64,000 nucleotides of DNA from an uncultured Candidatus Binatia bacterium (GTDB lineage Bacteria; Desulfobacterota; Binatia; UBA9968; CAXXLF01). Each line of letters begins with the position of its first letter. The first letter of the stretch is position 1. The stretch covers positions 3,712,001 through 3,776,000 of the forward strand of contig OZ244621.1 in assembly GCA_965218425.1 (NCBI GenBank), in the 5' to 3' direction. Both the position numbers and the translations under genes were made by a program. The notes beneath the pieces are model-generated. The model was not told where the DNA came from and ran no database searches. It saw only the letters and a program-made list of their open reading frames with translations. Of the stretch, positions 39,297-50,163 are shown piece after piece.

Positions 39297-39359
39297 AAAA
39301 ACTTAAACTGAACGCCTAATCCTATGGGCGCCTTTGAATAGAATTTCTTTTTGGTCATC

Positions 39360-40181
39360 ATGCCTGAACTTCCTGAGGTTGAAACCATCCGTCGTTCCCT
39401 GCAGCCGCTAATTTGTGGACAACGGATCGTAAGCGTTCAAGTGTTGCGGCGTCAACTCCGGATACCAGTGGCAAATGATTTCCGGGCGCGCCTGGAAGGA
39501 AAAACGGTTCGGGGCATTAGTCGCAGGGGCAAGTATTTACTAGTGGAACTGGATTCGGAAGAGGTATGGGTTGTACACTTGGGCATGTCGGGCAAGCTGA
39601 CCTATTCTAGACGATCATGCCCGGTGCAAAAGCACGATCACGTAATTGTCGGGTTTGAGTCCGTGCATGAGCTGCGGTATCACGACCCCCGGCGTTTTGG
39701 TCTTACTCTGGTTCTTTACAACCAAGAGCTTTCCCAATGGCCTCCCTTGAGCCAACTGGGCGTGGATCCCTTGAGTGCTCAATTCCATGTGGATTATCTC
39801 CATTCCGCCATGCGCAATTCCAAGCGAAGAGTCAAAGACCTCTTGATGGATCAAACGGTGGTGGCAGGATTGGGGAATATCTATGCCAATGAGATATTAT
39901 TTCGAGCCGGATTGCGGCCCACTCGTAGAGTAGGACGCATCAACCGCAGCTATGCACAGCGCATCGTTGAAGCTACACCCGCCGTCCTGGAAGAGGCAAT
40001 TCGTTTACGGGGAACCTCCTTCTCGGATTACCGTAATGGTGAGGACAAAAAAGGAGAGTTTCAAAAACACCTGCAGGTCTACGATCGGGAAGGGGAAATG
40101 TGCAGAGTCTGTTCTGGCAAGATCAAGAAGCTTCAGGTGGGCAATCGAGGCGTTTTTTACTGTGGCGCTTGTCAAATCTAG
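39360..40181 (+). CDS. mutM: Formamidopyrimidine-DNA glycosylase
   Basis: MPELPEVE, RRGKYL, HLGMSG, DPRRFG, GLGNIYANE and a C-terminal zinc finger. Confidence 0.97.
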   Translation: MPELPEVETIRRSLQPLICGQRIVSVQVLRRQLRIPVANDFRARLEGKTVRGISRRGKYLLVELDSEEVWVVHLGMSGKLTYSRRSCPVQKHDHVIVGFESVHELRYHDPRRFGLTLVLYNQELSQWPPLSQLGVDPLSAQFHVDYLHSAMRNSKRRVKDLLMDQTVVAGLGNIYANEILFRAGLRPTRRVGRINRSYAQRIVEATPAVLEEAIRLRGTSFSDYRNGEDKKGEFQKHLQVYDREGEMCRVCSGKIKKLQVGNRGVFYCGACQI

Positions 40182-40195
40182 CGAGACATCCAATC

Positions 40196-40735
40196 TTAAC
40201 CTATAATTTTGTAGCCTCCTGCCAGGTAACTCTTGCCGAGATCCACATAGGTGGAAGACCCCATCTTGATCCAGTTGAGCGCTTCTCCACTAATTTCCTT
40301 CTTTACCTTTGCAGGTGTTCCCGCCGCGAGAACCTTGGGAGGGATCTTGGTGTGAGGAACCACGACACTACCGGCGGCGATGAGGGATTGTTCCCCGATC
40401 TCTGTGTTTTCGAGAAGCGTTACATTCATGCCAATGATTGCGGCTTTCCGTATGACGCATCCCTCCATGATGGCTGCATGTCCGACCGTGACATCGTCTT
40501 CAATGATGGTAGGTGCTTCTCCCGAATGGATTACGCAGTTGTCCTGGACGCTGGTGCGGGCCCCCACCACGATGGGATTGGCGTTCTGATCGGACCTGAG
40601 GACTGCGCCAAACCAGATACTCGCTTCATCCCCAATAGTCACGTCTCCAATGATGACGGCTGTCGGAGCAATAAAGGCCTTGGAAGAAATCTTTGGTCTT
40701 TTTCCCTTGTATTCCATAATCATGGCGGTACTCAT
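40196..40735 (-). CDS. Gamma carbonic anhydrase family (YrdA/PaaY-like)
   Basis: Hexapeptide repeats, IWFGAVLR, VQDNCVIH and TVGH. Confidence 0.9.
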   Translation of the reverse strand: MSTAMIMEYKGKRPKISSKAFIAPTAVIIGDVTIGDEASIWFGAVLRSDQNANPIVVGARTSVQDNCVIHSGEAPTIIEDDVTVGHAAIMEGCVIRKAAIIGMNVTLLENTEIGEQSLIAAGSVVVPHTKIPPKVLAAGTPAKVKKEISGEALNWIKMGSSTYVDLGKSYLAGGYKIIG

Positions 40736-40796
40736 CTCCCTTGCGTATGAATTGGGTCAGAAATCTCAGCAGCACAAGACCTGGGGTTAGCCTGAT

Positions 40797-42041
40797 CTAT
40801 GAGAAAGTCTTGGCTGCAATTTCACAGATTCTTTTGCCAATGGCAAGGGACGCAGTGGCCCCTGGAGAGGGGGCATTGATTACATTGACTGCTTTTGGAC
40901 TTGAGGAGATGACGAAGTCATCAATGAGCTGCCCACTAGGTGAAACCGCCTGGGCTCGTACGCCCCGACCCGAGGGGATCAGATCCTGGCGTTTCACTTC
41001 AGGTACCAGTTGCTGCAGAGCTCTGACAAATGCCCCTTTGCTTAGAGAACGGTAGTATTCTTCGAATCCGGCCTTCCAATGAGTTACGGCCATGGCCCAA
41101 AAACCCCGGTAGGTCAGAATCTGCCATAGCTCTTGTGGGTTAAAGTCAAACATCCCATAGCCTTCCCTGGCGAAGGCCAGAACGGCGTTGGGCCCAACCT
41201 CTACGTCCCCGCCCATGGTTCGAGTAAAGTGTACCCCAAGAAAGGGTAATGTGCTGTCGGGGAGGGGATAGATCAATCCGCGAATCAGATTTCGACTCCC
41301 CTCGGATAGTTTGTAATACTCACCGCGGAAAGGAATGATTTTGGAGGATGTCTCCCCGGATAATATAGCAGGACCTTCTTTAGTCGTCAGCCGGGCCAAT
41401 CGATCAGTGTACAAACCTCCACAATTGATCAAATAATTGCAATGAAGGTCACCGGATGAGGTTTCGAGGATCAACCCTTCAGGCTTTTGCGTCACGTCTT
41501 TTAGGGCCGTGGAGGTTTGAATCTCTCCTCCGAGAGTTTGAAACCTCAGGGCATAGGCCTGGGCAACTTTGCTAAAGTCAATGATTCCCGTATTAGGGGA
41601 ATAAAGCGCCATGATACCTGAGGCGTGAGGTTCAATCTCATGAAGGCGATTCGGATCGATCAACTCCAAACCCTCAACGCCGTTTTCCATTCCCCGCTTC
41701 ATCAGCCCCTCAAGTTGCGGAAGTTGATCTTCCCTTGTTGCCAAAATCACTTTCCCGCAAGTTTCATGGGGGATGCCTTCCCGGTCGCAAAATTCCAACA
41801 GGGCCCTTTTTCCGGACACACACATCCTGGCCTTGGCGGAGCCTGGTCTATAATAGATCCCCGAGTGGAGGACTCCGCTGTTGTGGCCGGTTTGATGCAT
41901 GGCCAGGGCGGGCTCCTTTTCTAGCACTACGATTTTGGTCCTGGGACTTTGCTCGGCATACTGCATGGCGGTGGAAAGACCGATAATGCCGCCACCAATC
42001 ACGGCGAGATCATATTTTTGAGAAGGCATGGGCCCATGCAA
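40797..42041 (-). CDS. lhgO: L-2-hydroxyglutarate oxidase
   Basis: GGGIIGLS, HQTGHNSGVLHSGIYY, PFRGEY, PFLGVHFT, GVRAQA and NAPSPGATASLAI. Confidence 0.93.
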   Translation of the reverse strand: MHGPMPSQKYDLAVIGGGIIGLSTAMQYAEQSPRTKIVVLEKEPALAMHQTGHNSGVLHSGIYYRPGSAKARMCVSGKRALLEFCDREGIPHETCGKVILATREDQLPQLEGLMKRGMENGVEGLELIDPNRLHEIEPHASGIMALYSPNTGIIDFSKVAQAYALRFQTLGGEIQTSTALKDVTQKPEGLILETSSGDLHCNYLINCGGLYTDRLARLTTKEGPAILSGETSSKIIPFRGEYYKLSEGSRNLIRGLIYPLPDSTLPFLGVHFTRTMGGDVEVGPNAVLAFAREGYGMFDFNPQELWQILTYRGFWAMAVTHWKAGFEEYYRSLSKGAFVRALQQLVPEVKRQDLIPSGRGVRAQAVSPSGQLIDDFVISSSPKAVNVINAPSPGATASLAIGKRICEIAAKTFS

Positions 42042-42365
42042 GTCATGGTGACTCGCCTTAAGCGAGCAGTTGGCCTGATCCTCGAAAGATGGGATCGGCT
42101 TCGATCGGTTTTCGCATGATTAATGTTTTGCTGTCAAGAATTGTTAAGGCTTTTCGGCGACGTTCTGGGCTCTTTTCACGGAGCGAGCCTCCGGCCGTGA
42201 GCAACAGACATGCGGATATCTGAAGCTGGACGTTCGATGCCCACGGCCTTCCGTCTCACTCGCTTTCGTCGCTTTACCGATTTGGGGCGCAATGGGCTTG
42301 CACCGAAGAATGCGAGACGTCCGACATTGACTTGAAGGGGCCTCTTGGTAGCCGCTCATCAAAGG

Positions 42366-43793
42366 TTAATGGCGTTGTGGCCTGATGGATTTCTGAAACA
42401 AGGATGTGATCAGGGCAATGACAGATATGAGAAGCGAAAGAAAAAAAGCCTCGTGGAGAGCTCCAAGAAACGACGCTGTGGCGATCTGTTCCGCGTTGAC
42501 CGTAGGGACATAGCTTTCCATTAGGGAGTTGCGGCGCGCGGTGAAATAGCTCCCCACAATGGCAATTCCCGCGAGGCTGCCCAAGTGTCGCATGGTGCCG
42601 TGGATGCCACCGGCGACCCCCACTCGTTCCGGGGAGACAGAACCCATGGTAGCGCTTAGGTTGGGCGACTGGTAGACCGCCTGTCCCAATCCCAGTACGC
42701 TTAAACGTAGAATTATCCCTGGGATGGAAGAGTTTTGTTCAAGAAAGGTCAAGGAGTAATAACCCAGACAGGCCAATAGCAGCCCGCAGACCGATAACCA
42801 TTTTGTGCCCATTCGATCGGCGAGGAAACCGCTGACAGGTCCCATGACGATCATCATGACGGTTAAAGGGAGCATGATGAGGCCAGTGGCCTGAGCGGAG
42901 ACATTTAAAATCTGTACGAGGTAAAAAGGCGTCAAAAGAAAGATTCCAACGCTGGATACGTGGATCAAAAAGTTGCCGGACTGAGCAATAACAAAGATCC
43001 GATTCCTAAAAAGGGTAAGGTCCAACATGGGGAGCGAGACCAGTGCCTCAGTAATGAGAAAGGCGGGCAGTGAAAAGACAAAGAGGGCACAGAGAATGAG
43101 AACGCTGGGTGAAGTCCAACCGAGTTCCCGTGTCCAATTGATTGCCAATACAAAGGAAGTAACGGTCACCAATAGTAAAAATCCGCCAAGGATATCGATT
43201 TGAACTTTTCTGCGTTCCTGGAGCGGAGGGGAAATCATGTGAGATAACAGGATTCCAAGAATGCCGAAGGGGACGTTGTAAAGGAAGATGGCTCGCCAAC
43301 CGAATAGACCGATTAGGACGCCGGCGAGGGTCGGGCCGATGGACAGGGCAATGCCCACGAGACCGGCCTGAAACCCGAGAATCTTACCTCTTTGGTTCGC
43401 GGGGAAGGCCGCTGTGACGGTTCCCGGACTCGTTGAAACAATCATGGCTCCACCAATGCCTTGAAAGATTCTGAGGGTCACAAGGAGTTCCACCGATTGA
43501 GCAAGGCTGCATAGCAGCGAGAAGAGGGTAAAGATGATGAGTCCTAAGTATTGGACGGTAAAAGGGTTGACGAGATCGCCCAATCGCCCGAAATTAATGA
43601 GCAGGCTGGAAGTGGTTAAAAGGTAGACAAGCAGTACCCACTGGGTAGTGGAGAGGTCGGTCTGAAATGCCTCCGTGATAAAGGGGAGTGCCACATTGAC
43701 TACCGTCAGCGCACTGGTAGCGAGAAAGATCCCCGCGCCAGTCACGGAAAAGATCAACCAACGATGAAGGGCAGAGGTCTGTTTCTCGGTCAT
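42366..43793 (-). CDS. MFS transporter, DHA2 (14-TM) family
   Basis: VNVALP, GRLGD, RIFQGIG and WRAIFLYNVPFG. Confidence 0.92.
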   Translation of the reverse strand: MTEKQTSALHRWLIFSVTGAGIFLATSALTVVNVALPFITEAFQTDLSTTQWVLLVYLLTTSSLLINFGRLGDLVNPFTVQYLGLIIFTLFSLLCSLAQSVELLVTLRIFQGIGGAMIVSTSPGTVTAAFPANQRGKILGFQAGLVGIALSIGPTLAGVLIGLFGWRAIFLYNVPFGILGILLSHMISPPLQERRKVQIDILGGFLLLVTVTSFVLAINWTRELGWTSPSVLILCALFVFSLPAFLITEALVSLPMLDLTLFRNRIFVIAQSGNFLIHVSSVGIFLLTPFYLVQILNVSAQATGLIMLPLTVMMIVMGPVSGFLADRMGTKWLSVCGLLLACLGYYSLTFLEQNSSIPGIILRLSVLGLGQAVYQSPNLSATMGSVSPERVGVAGGIHGTMRHLGSLAGIAIVGSYFTARRNSLMESYVPTVNAEQIATASFLGALHEAFFLSLLISVIALITSLFQKSIRPQRH

Positions 43794-44085
43794 TCCATCC
43801 CGTGTCCCAGGCTAATTAGAGCACAAAAAGTTAAGACGCTTTAGTTTGGCTTGTTATGCCCCAATTTAGGCCCCATTGTCCGTTTGTGTCCTTATGTAAT
43901 GCAGAATAGCAAATCAAAAGGGCCATGGATCTGGATGTTGAAAAGAGAGTGTTAATGTGTCCATGGGGGAGACGACTTTACCACCTTCCCCCGGATGCTT
44001 GACAGAGTCAATCATTGCCTGTATTAGTCTCCATTACGTTAAATTCATAAGTAATAATCAATATTTCAGAGAGAGGGAACAGATC

Positions 44086-45072
44086 ATGAGTTTAGGGAAA
44101 ATAAAATTGCTTTGCAGCGCCATCTCTCATATGCCGCTGCACTTTGTCTTTCGGGATTGCGGGGTGACCGAAAAGCACGGTTTCGAGCTGGAAGTCGATA
44201 TCTCACGGTATCCCCAAGGCGGCCGGCCGATTCGGAGCATGGCTGATCGTGCTCCTACCCTCCTAAATGGTGAGTACGACTTCTTGAGCGGGCTCCACCA
44301 CGAAACCTATGTGTACCGAGCCAAGGGCGATAAGCGATTCGTTTATCTGGCACAGACCCAGAACGACTGGGACGACCGTTTGATTGCCCGTCCGGATATT
44401 ACCGACGTGAAACAACTGGAGGGCAAAAGAATTTCCACAAACAACGCTCCTTGTGTGAGCGGTAACCTGGATCATGCCCTGGGGTTGGCCGATGTGGACA
44501 CCTCCAAAGTCGAGTTTCTTTTCAATGACAAGCTTTCCGGCAAAGGGCACCTGGCGGTGGAGCGGGTGGCCAATGGGGAGATTGATGCCGCCAACGTGGA
44601 CATACCCTTTGATCTTCAGGCCAAAAAGCGAGGCCTAAACGTGCTCACGCTCCCGTCGGTTCCCGTAATTCACAACACCACCATCTGTGCCAGCACAGAA
44701 TTCACGCGAAAGTATGAAGAAAAAGTCATTGCCTTTTTGAAGGGTATCATCGAGGCGACGCACTTCTTTAAAACGGAGAAGCAAAAGGTGTGTGAGATCT
44801 TGAGCCGCGAGCTGGCTCCCATGGTGGAGCTGCAAGGGGACGATGAAGTGGAGTATCTCCAGGAACAGTGGAGTGAGTTGCTCAGCGCGAAACCCTATCC
44901 GCACCCCATGGCCATTTGGAACGTCTACAATCTCGATGTGGCCCATGATCCCAAGGTCAACTTCATCAGTCCATTAGAGACCTGGGACACTCACTATCTG
45001 AGAAAGATCGATGATAGCGGTTTCATCGACGAGCTTTACGGCAATGGAGCCAAGCAGCGCCTTTCGGCTTAA
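44086..45072 (+). CDS. NMT1/SsuA-like PBP2-fold protein lacking a signal peptide
   Basis: EKHGFELE, KQLEGKRI, GEIDAA, FLKGIIEA..F and YLRKIDDSGFIDELY. Confidence 0.75.
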   Translation: MSLGKIKLLCSAISHMPLHFVFRDCGVTEKHGFELEVDISRYPQGGRPIRSMADRAPTLLNGEYDFLSGLHHETYVYRAKGDKRFVYLAQTQNDWDDRLIARPDITDVKQLEGKRISTNNAPCVSGNLDHALGLADVDTSKVEFLFNDKLSGKGHLAVERVANGEIDAANVDIPFDLQAKKRGLNVLTLPSVPVIHNTTICASTEFTRKYEEKVIAFLKGIIEATHFFKTEKQKVCEILSRELAPMVELQGDDEVEYLQEQWSELLSAKPYPHPMAIWNVYNLDVAHDPKVNFISPLETWDTHYLRKIDDSGFIDELYGNGAKQRLSA

Positions 45073-45216
45073 TTTGCGCTGGGATTCCACTGACAGACGC
45101 GCGACGGTTGAGAGGCGGATGTTGAGGAGTAGCCAAGAGCAGGGTAAATAGTTCGCCGTTGATCCTTGAGATTGGAAAGAGACAAGCCAATTCATATGAT
45201 TAAGGGAGAGAGTTCT

Positions 45217-46770
45217 GTGAAAAAGTGTTTGTTGTTATTTATTGCCTTTGGCATGGCGCTAAGCCTGGGCTTTCCAGCGGGAGACGTCTTTGGCGAACCC
45301 AAGCGGGGCGGCACCTTGACCATGGCCATCAGGAAAGACGTGAGCACCATGAACCCGCTGGTGAGAACCTTTTCCACTGATCAGTCCATCCGTGATTTGA
45401 TTTACGAGGCGTTACTGGTTTTAGATGAGAGGGGAGCCATCCAGCCACAACTAGCCGAGTCCTATGAGGTGTCCAAGGACGGTAAAGTCTATACCTTCCG
45501 GCTACGGCGAGGGGTGAAGTTTCATAATGGTCAAGAAATGACCGCAGGTGATGCAAAGTACGCCATTGATTATACCCTGAATCCGAAAAACGGTGCCTAC
45601 GGTCGTTCCAGACTTGCGCTGGTGGAAGGGGCAAAGGTTGTCGACAAGCATACGTTAAAGATCCACCTAAAGAGTCGCAGTGCCGCGTTTCTTTCGGCTT
45701 TGACCGATATCAAAGCCTTTTCCGTGATACCGAGAGATTCCATCACTTCCATCAAACCTAAGAATTTTCCCGCCGGGACGGGTCCATTTAGATTTGTGGA
45801 ATGGCAGTCAAGGCAGCGGGTGGTTTTCGAATTGAACAAGGACTATTGGGGGAGAAAACCCTATCTGGACAAAGTCATTTTGCGGCCCATCCGAAATTCC
45901 ACGGTGCGATTCACCGCCCTACGTGCGGGGGACGTTGATATCATTGAGCGCACTCCATACGAGTGGGTCCAGCAGGTTCTTCGTGGCAAGTTTAAGGGGT
46001 TGGCAACAGCCAAAGCGGCTACTTCCGGATACCGGGCGCTGTTCTTCAACGTTCTTGGTTCTCCTTTCGACAGTAAAACACTGCGTTTGGCCGTTGCCCA
46101 TGGGATGGACAAGAAGACGATCCTGCAGGCGGCCTTCTTTGGCTTTGGAGAAACTGCGGACCAGAAGTATCCTAAAGGGCACTTCTGGTATATTAAAGGC
46201 TTGAAATCACCGACCTACGATCCTGCCAAGGGCAAGAAGCTACTGAAAGAGGCGGGATACAAAGGTGAAAAGATTGTCATGAAGATCGAGAAGGGTGAAA
46301 CCGTGGAGGCCATGGCAGCCGCGTTCCAGGCCCAGATGAAGAGAATCGGGATGGACGTTGAACTGGCGGTGTTCGAGTACGGTGCCCGCCGGGCTCAGAT
46401 ACGCGGCGGAGACACCACCGTGGACATGGTTGGCGGCGGGTATTACGCGGACCCTATTTCCACTTACCGGAGCCAGTACATGTGTGGTCAAGACCCGAAA
46501 AAGCGCGCATCCAACTGGAGCGGTTATTGCGACAAGCAGGTGGCAAAATGGTTCGACCAGTTGGACGTGGAACTTGACCAAGCAAAACGCCAGAAAATTC
46601 TCGCAAAGATCGTATCCAGGATAAACGATGACGTTCCCGTTATATCCATTGGTTTCGTCCCGAGGTTTTTTACTTTTCGCGACTATGTAAAAGGCTTCAC
46701 AACGGACAGCAGCGGAGGACGATTCGTGTGGGGTGGGGGTGGATTGACCCGGACCTGGCTGGATAAATAG
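45217..46770 (+). CDS. ABC peptide/nickel-type (family 5) substrate-binding protein
   Basis: Signal peptide, PKRGGTL, LAESYEVS.DG..YTF.LR.GVKFHNG and GTGPF. Confidence 0.93.
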   Translation: MKKCLLLFIAFGMALSLGFPAGDVFGEPKRGGTLTMAIRKDVSTMNPLVRTFSTDQSIRDLIYEALLVLDERGAIQPQLAESYEVSKDGKVYTFRLRRGVKFHNGQEMTAGDAKYAIDYTLNPKNGAYGRSRLALVEGAKVVDKHTLKIHLKSRSAAFLSALTDIKAFSVIPRDSITSIKPKNFPAGTGPFRFVEWQSRQRVVFELNKDYWGRKPYLDKVILRPIRNSTVRFTALRAGDVDIIERTPYEWVQQVLRGKFKGLATAKAATSGYRALFFNVLGSPFDSKTLRLAVAHGMDKKTILQAAFFGFGETADQKYPKGHFWYIKGLKSPTYDPAKGKKLLKEAGYKGEKIVMKIEKGETVEAMAAAFQAQMKRIGMDVELAVFEYGARRAQIRGGDTTVDMVGGGYYADPISTYRSQYMCGQDPKKRASNWSGYCDKQVAKWFDQLDVELDQAKRQKILAKIVSRINDDVPVISIGFVPRFFTFRDYVKGFTTDSSGGRFVWGGGGLTRTWLDK

Positions 46771-46971
46771 TCAGCTTTGGTGCCGAACGCGTCAACCGTG
46801 GGATGGTCTGTGGCTGGGGTGTTTCAAGCTTTTGTAGTTGGATTCGGTTTCAATTGTTCTCAAACCAATGGCAGGATCTTTGGGGGCAGCTCCCTCAGAG
46901 TCCTGCCATTACGGTATTTAGTAGGTTAATTATTTTAGTTTGTGGTGGATTTCTCATTCAAAGGAGGTGCC

Positions 46972-48045
46972 ATGCTAAAAATTCGTAGCTCTTATTTCCT
47001 CGGTGCGTTCTTGGGCCTGGCCCTTTCTGCTGGCGGCATCGGCTCCCACGCCGTGGCGGCTTCATATTATGAAGACAAGACACTAATGGTAATTGAAGGC
47101 CGGAGACCCGGAGGAACCGGGAGCCTTCGCACCCAGGCCACAATGAAATATGTACAGAAACACCTGCCCGGCAACCCGGCCATCGTGTATAAATACATGC
47201 CCGGTGGTGGCGGGACGGCTGCTGCCAATCACCTTGCGAATCGAGACAAGCGCGACGGGCTTACCATTGGAAATATCGGCACGGGCCTATTCTCCAACGT
47301 CATGTTTGGCGCACGAGGAGTTCGCCACAAATTGGAGGACTTCGATTTCCTGGGTGCCGGTACATCGGGAGGGCCGTACATGCTCGTGGTACGTCCCGGA
47401 TTGGACCTGGACTCAGTGGAAAAACTTAAAGCGTACAAGGGGCTTCGCTTCGGTCAAAGATCCGTTGGACATTCCATGTACACCCTGGACCGCCTCATGG
47501 CCTTTATTCTCGAACTCAACGAGCCGAAATGGATTTTAGGATACAGCAGTCAGGAGATCATCATGGCGGTTGGGAGGGGAGAGGCCGATGCCCAGAGCAC
47601 CAATTTATTTTCCTTCTTGCGGCGGAACAGACTCCAGACATTGAAGGAAGGGTACACGATTCCGGTCTATTTCAGAAACACCAAGGGAAGAGGCGGTGAA
47701 TTCGTCCCGCAGTTTCCCCAACGACCCCATGTGGACGACTATGTCGATACAAAACTGAAGCGAGACGTGTTGAAGTTTCATAATTCGAGCCGGCCCGGGG
47801 GATCCAACTTCTTAGTTCCCAAAGGGATACCCAAAGAAGCGCTCATGGCCTTGCGGCAGGCCTTTGCAGAGACATGGAAGGACCCCGCATTTGCCAAGGA
47901 ATACAAGCAATTGACCGGCGAGCCGGCCGACCCGGTGACGGGGGAGGATATCCACCGTGCCCTGAAGCAAATCCCCAAGAACCCAGAGGTAAAGAAAACC
48001 TATAAGCGGATAGTCGGCGCGGGACCATTGCCTCCCGCAAGATAG
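46972..48045 (+). CDS. TctC/Bug-like tripartite tricarboxylate transporter binding protein (copy 1)
   Basis: Signal peptide, YYEDKT, PGGTG, MPGGGG.AAAN, DGLTI and KDPAF. Confidence 0.85.
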   Translation: MLKIRSSYFLGAFLGLALSAGGIGSHAVAASYYEDKTLMVIEGRRPGGTGSLRTQATMKYVQKHLPGNPAIVYKYMPGGGGTAAANHLANRDKRDGLTIGNIGTGLFSNVMFGARGVRHKLEDFDFLGAGTSGGPYMLVVRPGLDLDSVEKLKAYKGLRFGQRSVGHSMYTLDRLMAFILELNEPKWILGYSSQEIIMAVGRGEADAQSTNLFSFLRRNRLQTLKEGYTIPVYFRNTKGRGGEFVPQFPQRPHVDDYVDTKLKRDVLKFHNSSRPGGSNFLVPKGIPKEALMALRQAFAETWKDPAFAKEYKQLTGEPADPVTGEDIHRALKQIPKNPEVKKTYKRIVGAGPLPPAR

Positions 48046-48085
48046 GTCATTGCCGAAAAATTTCTTCACAGAGATCTAACACGCT

Positions 48086-50083
48086 ATGTTTGAAGCTGCG
48101 GTTCAGGGATTTCTTAATCTCCTCAGCATAAACGTCGTTTGGGCCACTTTGGCCGGGGTTGCGGTCGGCACCGTCACGGCGGTGACTCCCCAGGGACTCG
48201 GGACGCCGTTGATGTATGCACTCTTTCTTCCCGTTGTAGTCAAATGGGATCCCTTCGTCGCCATCGCATTCCTCATAGGGATGGATGCGGTGAGCAGCAT
48301 TTGCAGCGCGTATCTGCCTATTCTCTTTGGTATACCTGGGGGCGCCGGTTCCCAATCCACAGTAATGGACGGGTACCCCATGGGCCGCAACGGCGAGGCA
48401 CGCAGGGCCCTCGGCGCATCGTTTATGGCCGGCATGATGGGAAGCCTGATCGGCACCGCCACATTGGCGGTTGCCATTCCCGTAGCCAAGCCCATCATTT
48501 ATATGTTGGGCTCTCCGGAACTCTTCGTGGTGGTTCTTTGGGGCCTGACCATGGTTTCTCTGCTGGCCGGCACCCGGCCCATGAGAGGTCTCATCGCTGC
48601 AACCGTCGGTTTGTTAATCGCCGTGGTGGGCATGCAACCACAAAGCGGCGTCTTTCGCTTCGTCTTTTTTGATGAGCCTTATCTCCTAGACGGGCTCCCA
48701 TTGAGCATTGTTGCTCTTGCCATGTTCGGTATCCCTGCGGCGTTGGATCTCGCACTGACCAAGGTGGGTGTCGAACAGCAGGCCGTTCCTTTGAAAGGGC
48801 GTCTGCTGGATGGGGTCAAGGACGCGCTGCGGGAGTGGTGGCTGGTGGTCCGTTGCAGCTTTATGGGTGTCTGGGTTGGAATTATTCCTGGGCTCGGGGC
48901 TCAGGTGGTGGATTGGCTCAGCTATGGTCACGCCGCTCAGACCTGCAAGGGGGCGAAGGACACCTTTGGGAAAGGGGATGTGCGAGGGGTCATCGCTCCG
49001 GAGTCGGCCAACGACTCTAAGGACGGGGGAACTCTGATTCCTACCCTGATCCTAGGGGTACCGGGGAGCCTGACCTCGGCGCTTTTTGTCTTCGCTCTGC
49101 TTGCCATGGGGTATGTCCCGGGACCTCAAATGGTGAAAGAGCATTCAGACGTGATCTACAGCATCGTGTGGATCCTCGGTATCGGAGGTGTTCTCGGAAC
49201 CTCCATCGGTTTCATGTTTGCCAATCATCTAGCCAAGCTGGCAGAGCTGCGTTACTCGCTGATCGTGCCTATGATTCTCGGCTTCGTTCTCATGGGCGCG
49301 TTGAGCGCCACCCGGCATCCCCTGGACATGTTGGCGGTGGTGTCCTTCGGACTGTTGGGCTACTTCATGAAGCGCCTTGGGTACCCGCGCCCCCCGCTGA
49401 TCCTCGGTATGATCCTTGGAGCCCTCTTGGAAAAATACCTCTATATTTCAACGGCCAGTTATGGATTCGCTTGGCTCAAGCGACCCGGTGTCATATTCTT
49501 AATGGTTTTGGTGTTTAGCACCCTGTTCTACACTTTATGGAGCCGCAGGGAGGTGAAGGCTCGCCCGAAAGATGATCCATCAGCCTATTCTAAGTGGACT
49601 CTGCGCTTCAAGCCGGAATCGGCTTTGACTCTCTTTTTTATCACCGTGTTCGTGGCGGCTATCATCCGAAGCTTGGATTGGCCTCTAATTGCCAAGCTCA
49701 TGCCCATCTACGTGGCGGCCGTTCCCGGACTATTTCTTGCCTTGACTCAGCTCGGCCAGGATGTGATCGTGCGAGAGCACGGTGCCACGGTGGCTAGAGG
49801 TGGCATTGAGATGGACGAGGTCTTTAATGAAAGTATAGACAGGGGGGTGGAGGTGAGACGCACCTTGGCTTTCTTCGGCTGGTTTGCCGGCGGCGCGGCA
49901 GGAGTTTGGCTCCTGGGCATTGTCATTGCGCTTCCACTGTTTATTCTTCTCTACATGTTAATCGAGGGGAAGGATAAATGGTGGATTTCCATCCTATATG
50001 GAGCCGGGGCGTTCTTCACGGTCTGGGGTTTGTTCGAGGGCGTTTTCAAGATCATTTGGCCGGAAGGATTGCTATTTAGTTGA
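48086..50083 (+). CDS. tctA: TctA permease with fused C-terminal TctB domain
   Basis: IL.GIPG, MDGYPM, G.IPGLG, APESAN, LGVPGS and PPLILG.ILG. An extra ~170 aa 4-TM tail ends in FEGVFKIIWPEGLL, the TctB-type signature. Confidence 0.9.
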   Translation: MFEAAVQGFLNLLSINVVWATLAGVAVGTVTAVTPQGLGTPLMYALFLPVVVKWDPFVAIAFLIGMDAVSSICSAYLPILFGIPGGAGSQSTVMDGYPMGRNGEARRALGASFMAGMMGSLIGTATLAVAIPVAKPIIYMLGSPELFVVVLWGLTMVSLLAGTRPMRGLIAATVGLLIAVVGMQPQSGVFRFVFFDEPYLLDGLPLSIVALAMFGIPAALDLALTKVGVEQQAVPLKGRLLDGVKDALREWWLVVRCSFMGVWVGIIPGLGAQVVDWLSYGHAAQTCKGAKDTFGKGDVRGVIAPESANDSKDGGTLIPTLILGVPGSLTSALFVFALLAMGYVPGPQMVKEHSDVIYSIVWILGIGGVLGTSIGFMFANHLAKLAELRYSLIVPMILGFVLMGALSATRHPLDMLAVVSFGLLGYFMKRLGYPRPPLILGMILGALLEKYLYISTASYGFAWLKRPGVIFLMVLVFSTLFYTLWSRREVKARPKDDPSAYSKWTLRFKPESALTLFFITVFVAAIIRSLDWPLIAKLMPIYVAAVPGLFLALTQLGQDVIVREHGATVARGGIEMDEVFNESIDRGVEVRRTLAFFGWFAGGAAGVWLLGIVIALPLFILLYMLIEGKDKWWISILYGAGAFFTVWGLFEGVFKIIWPEGLLFS

Positions 50084-50163
50084 ACGGTTAGATAGATTTT
50101 ACCTCCAGCCCTGCAAAGCCAATGGCTTTGGCTCAACGGCGAGTCCTGACCAAAAAGGTTCAT

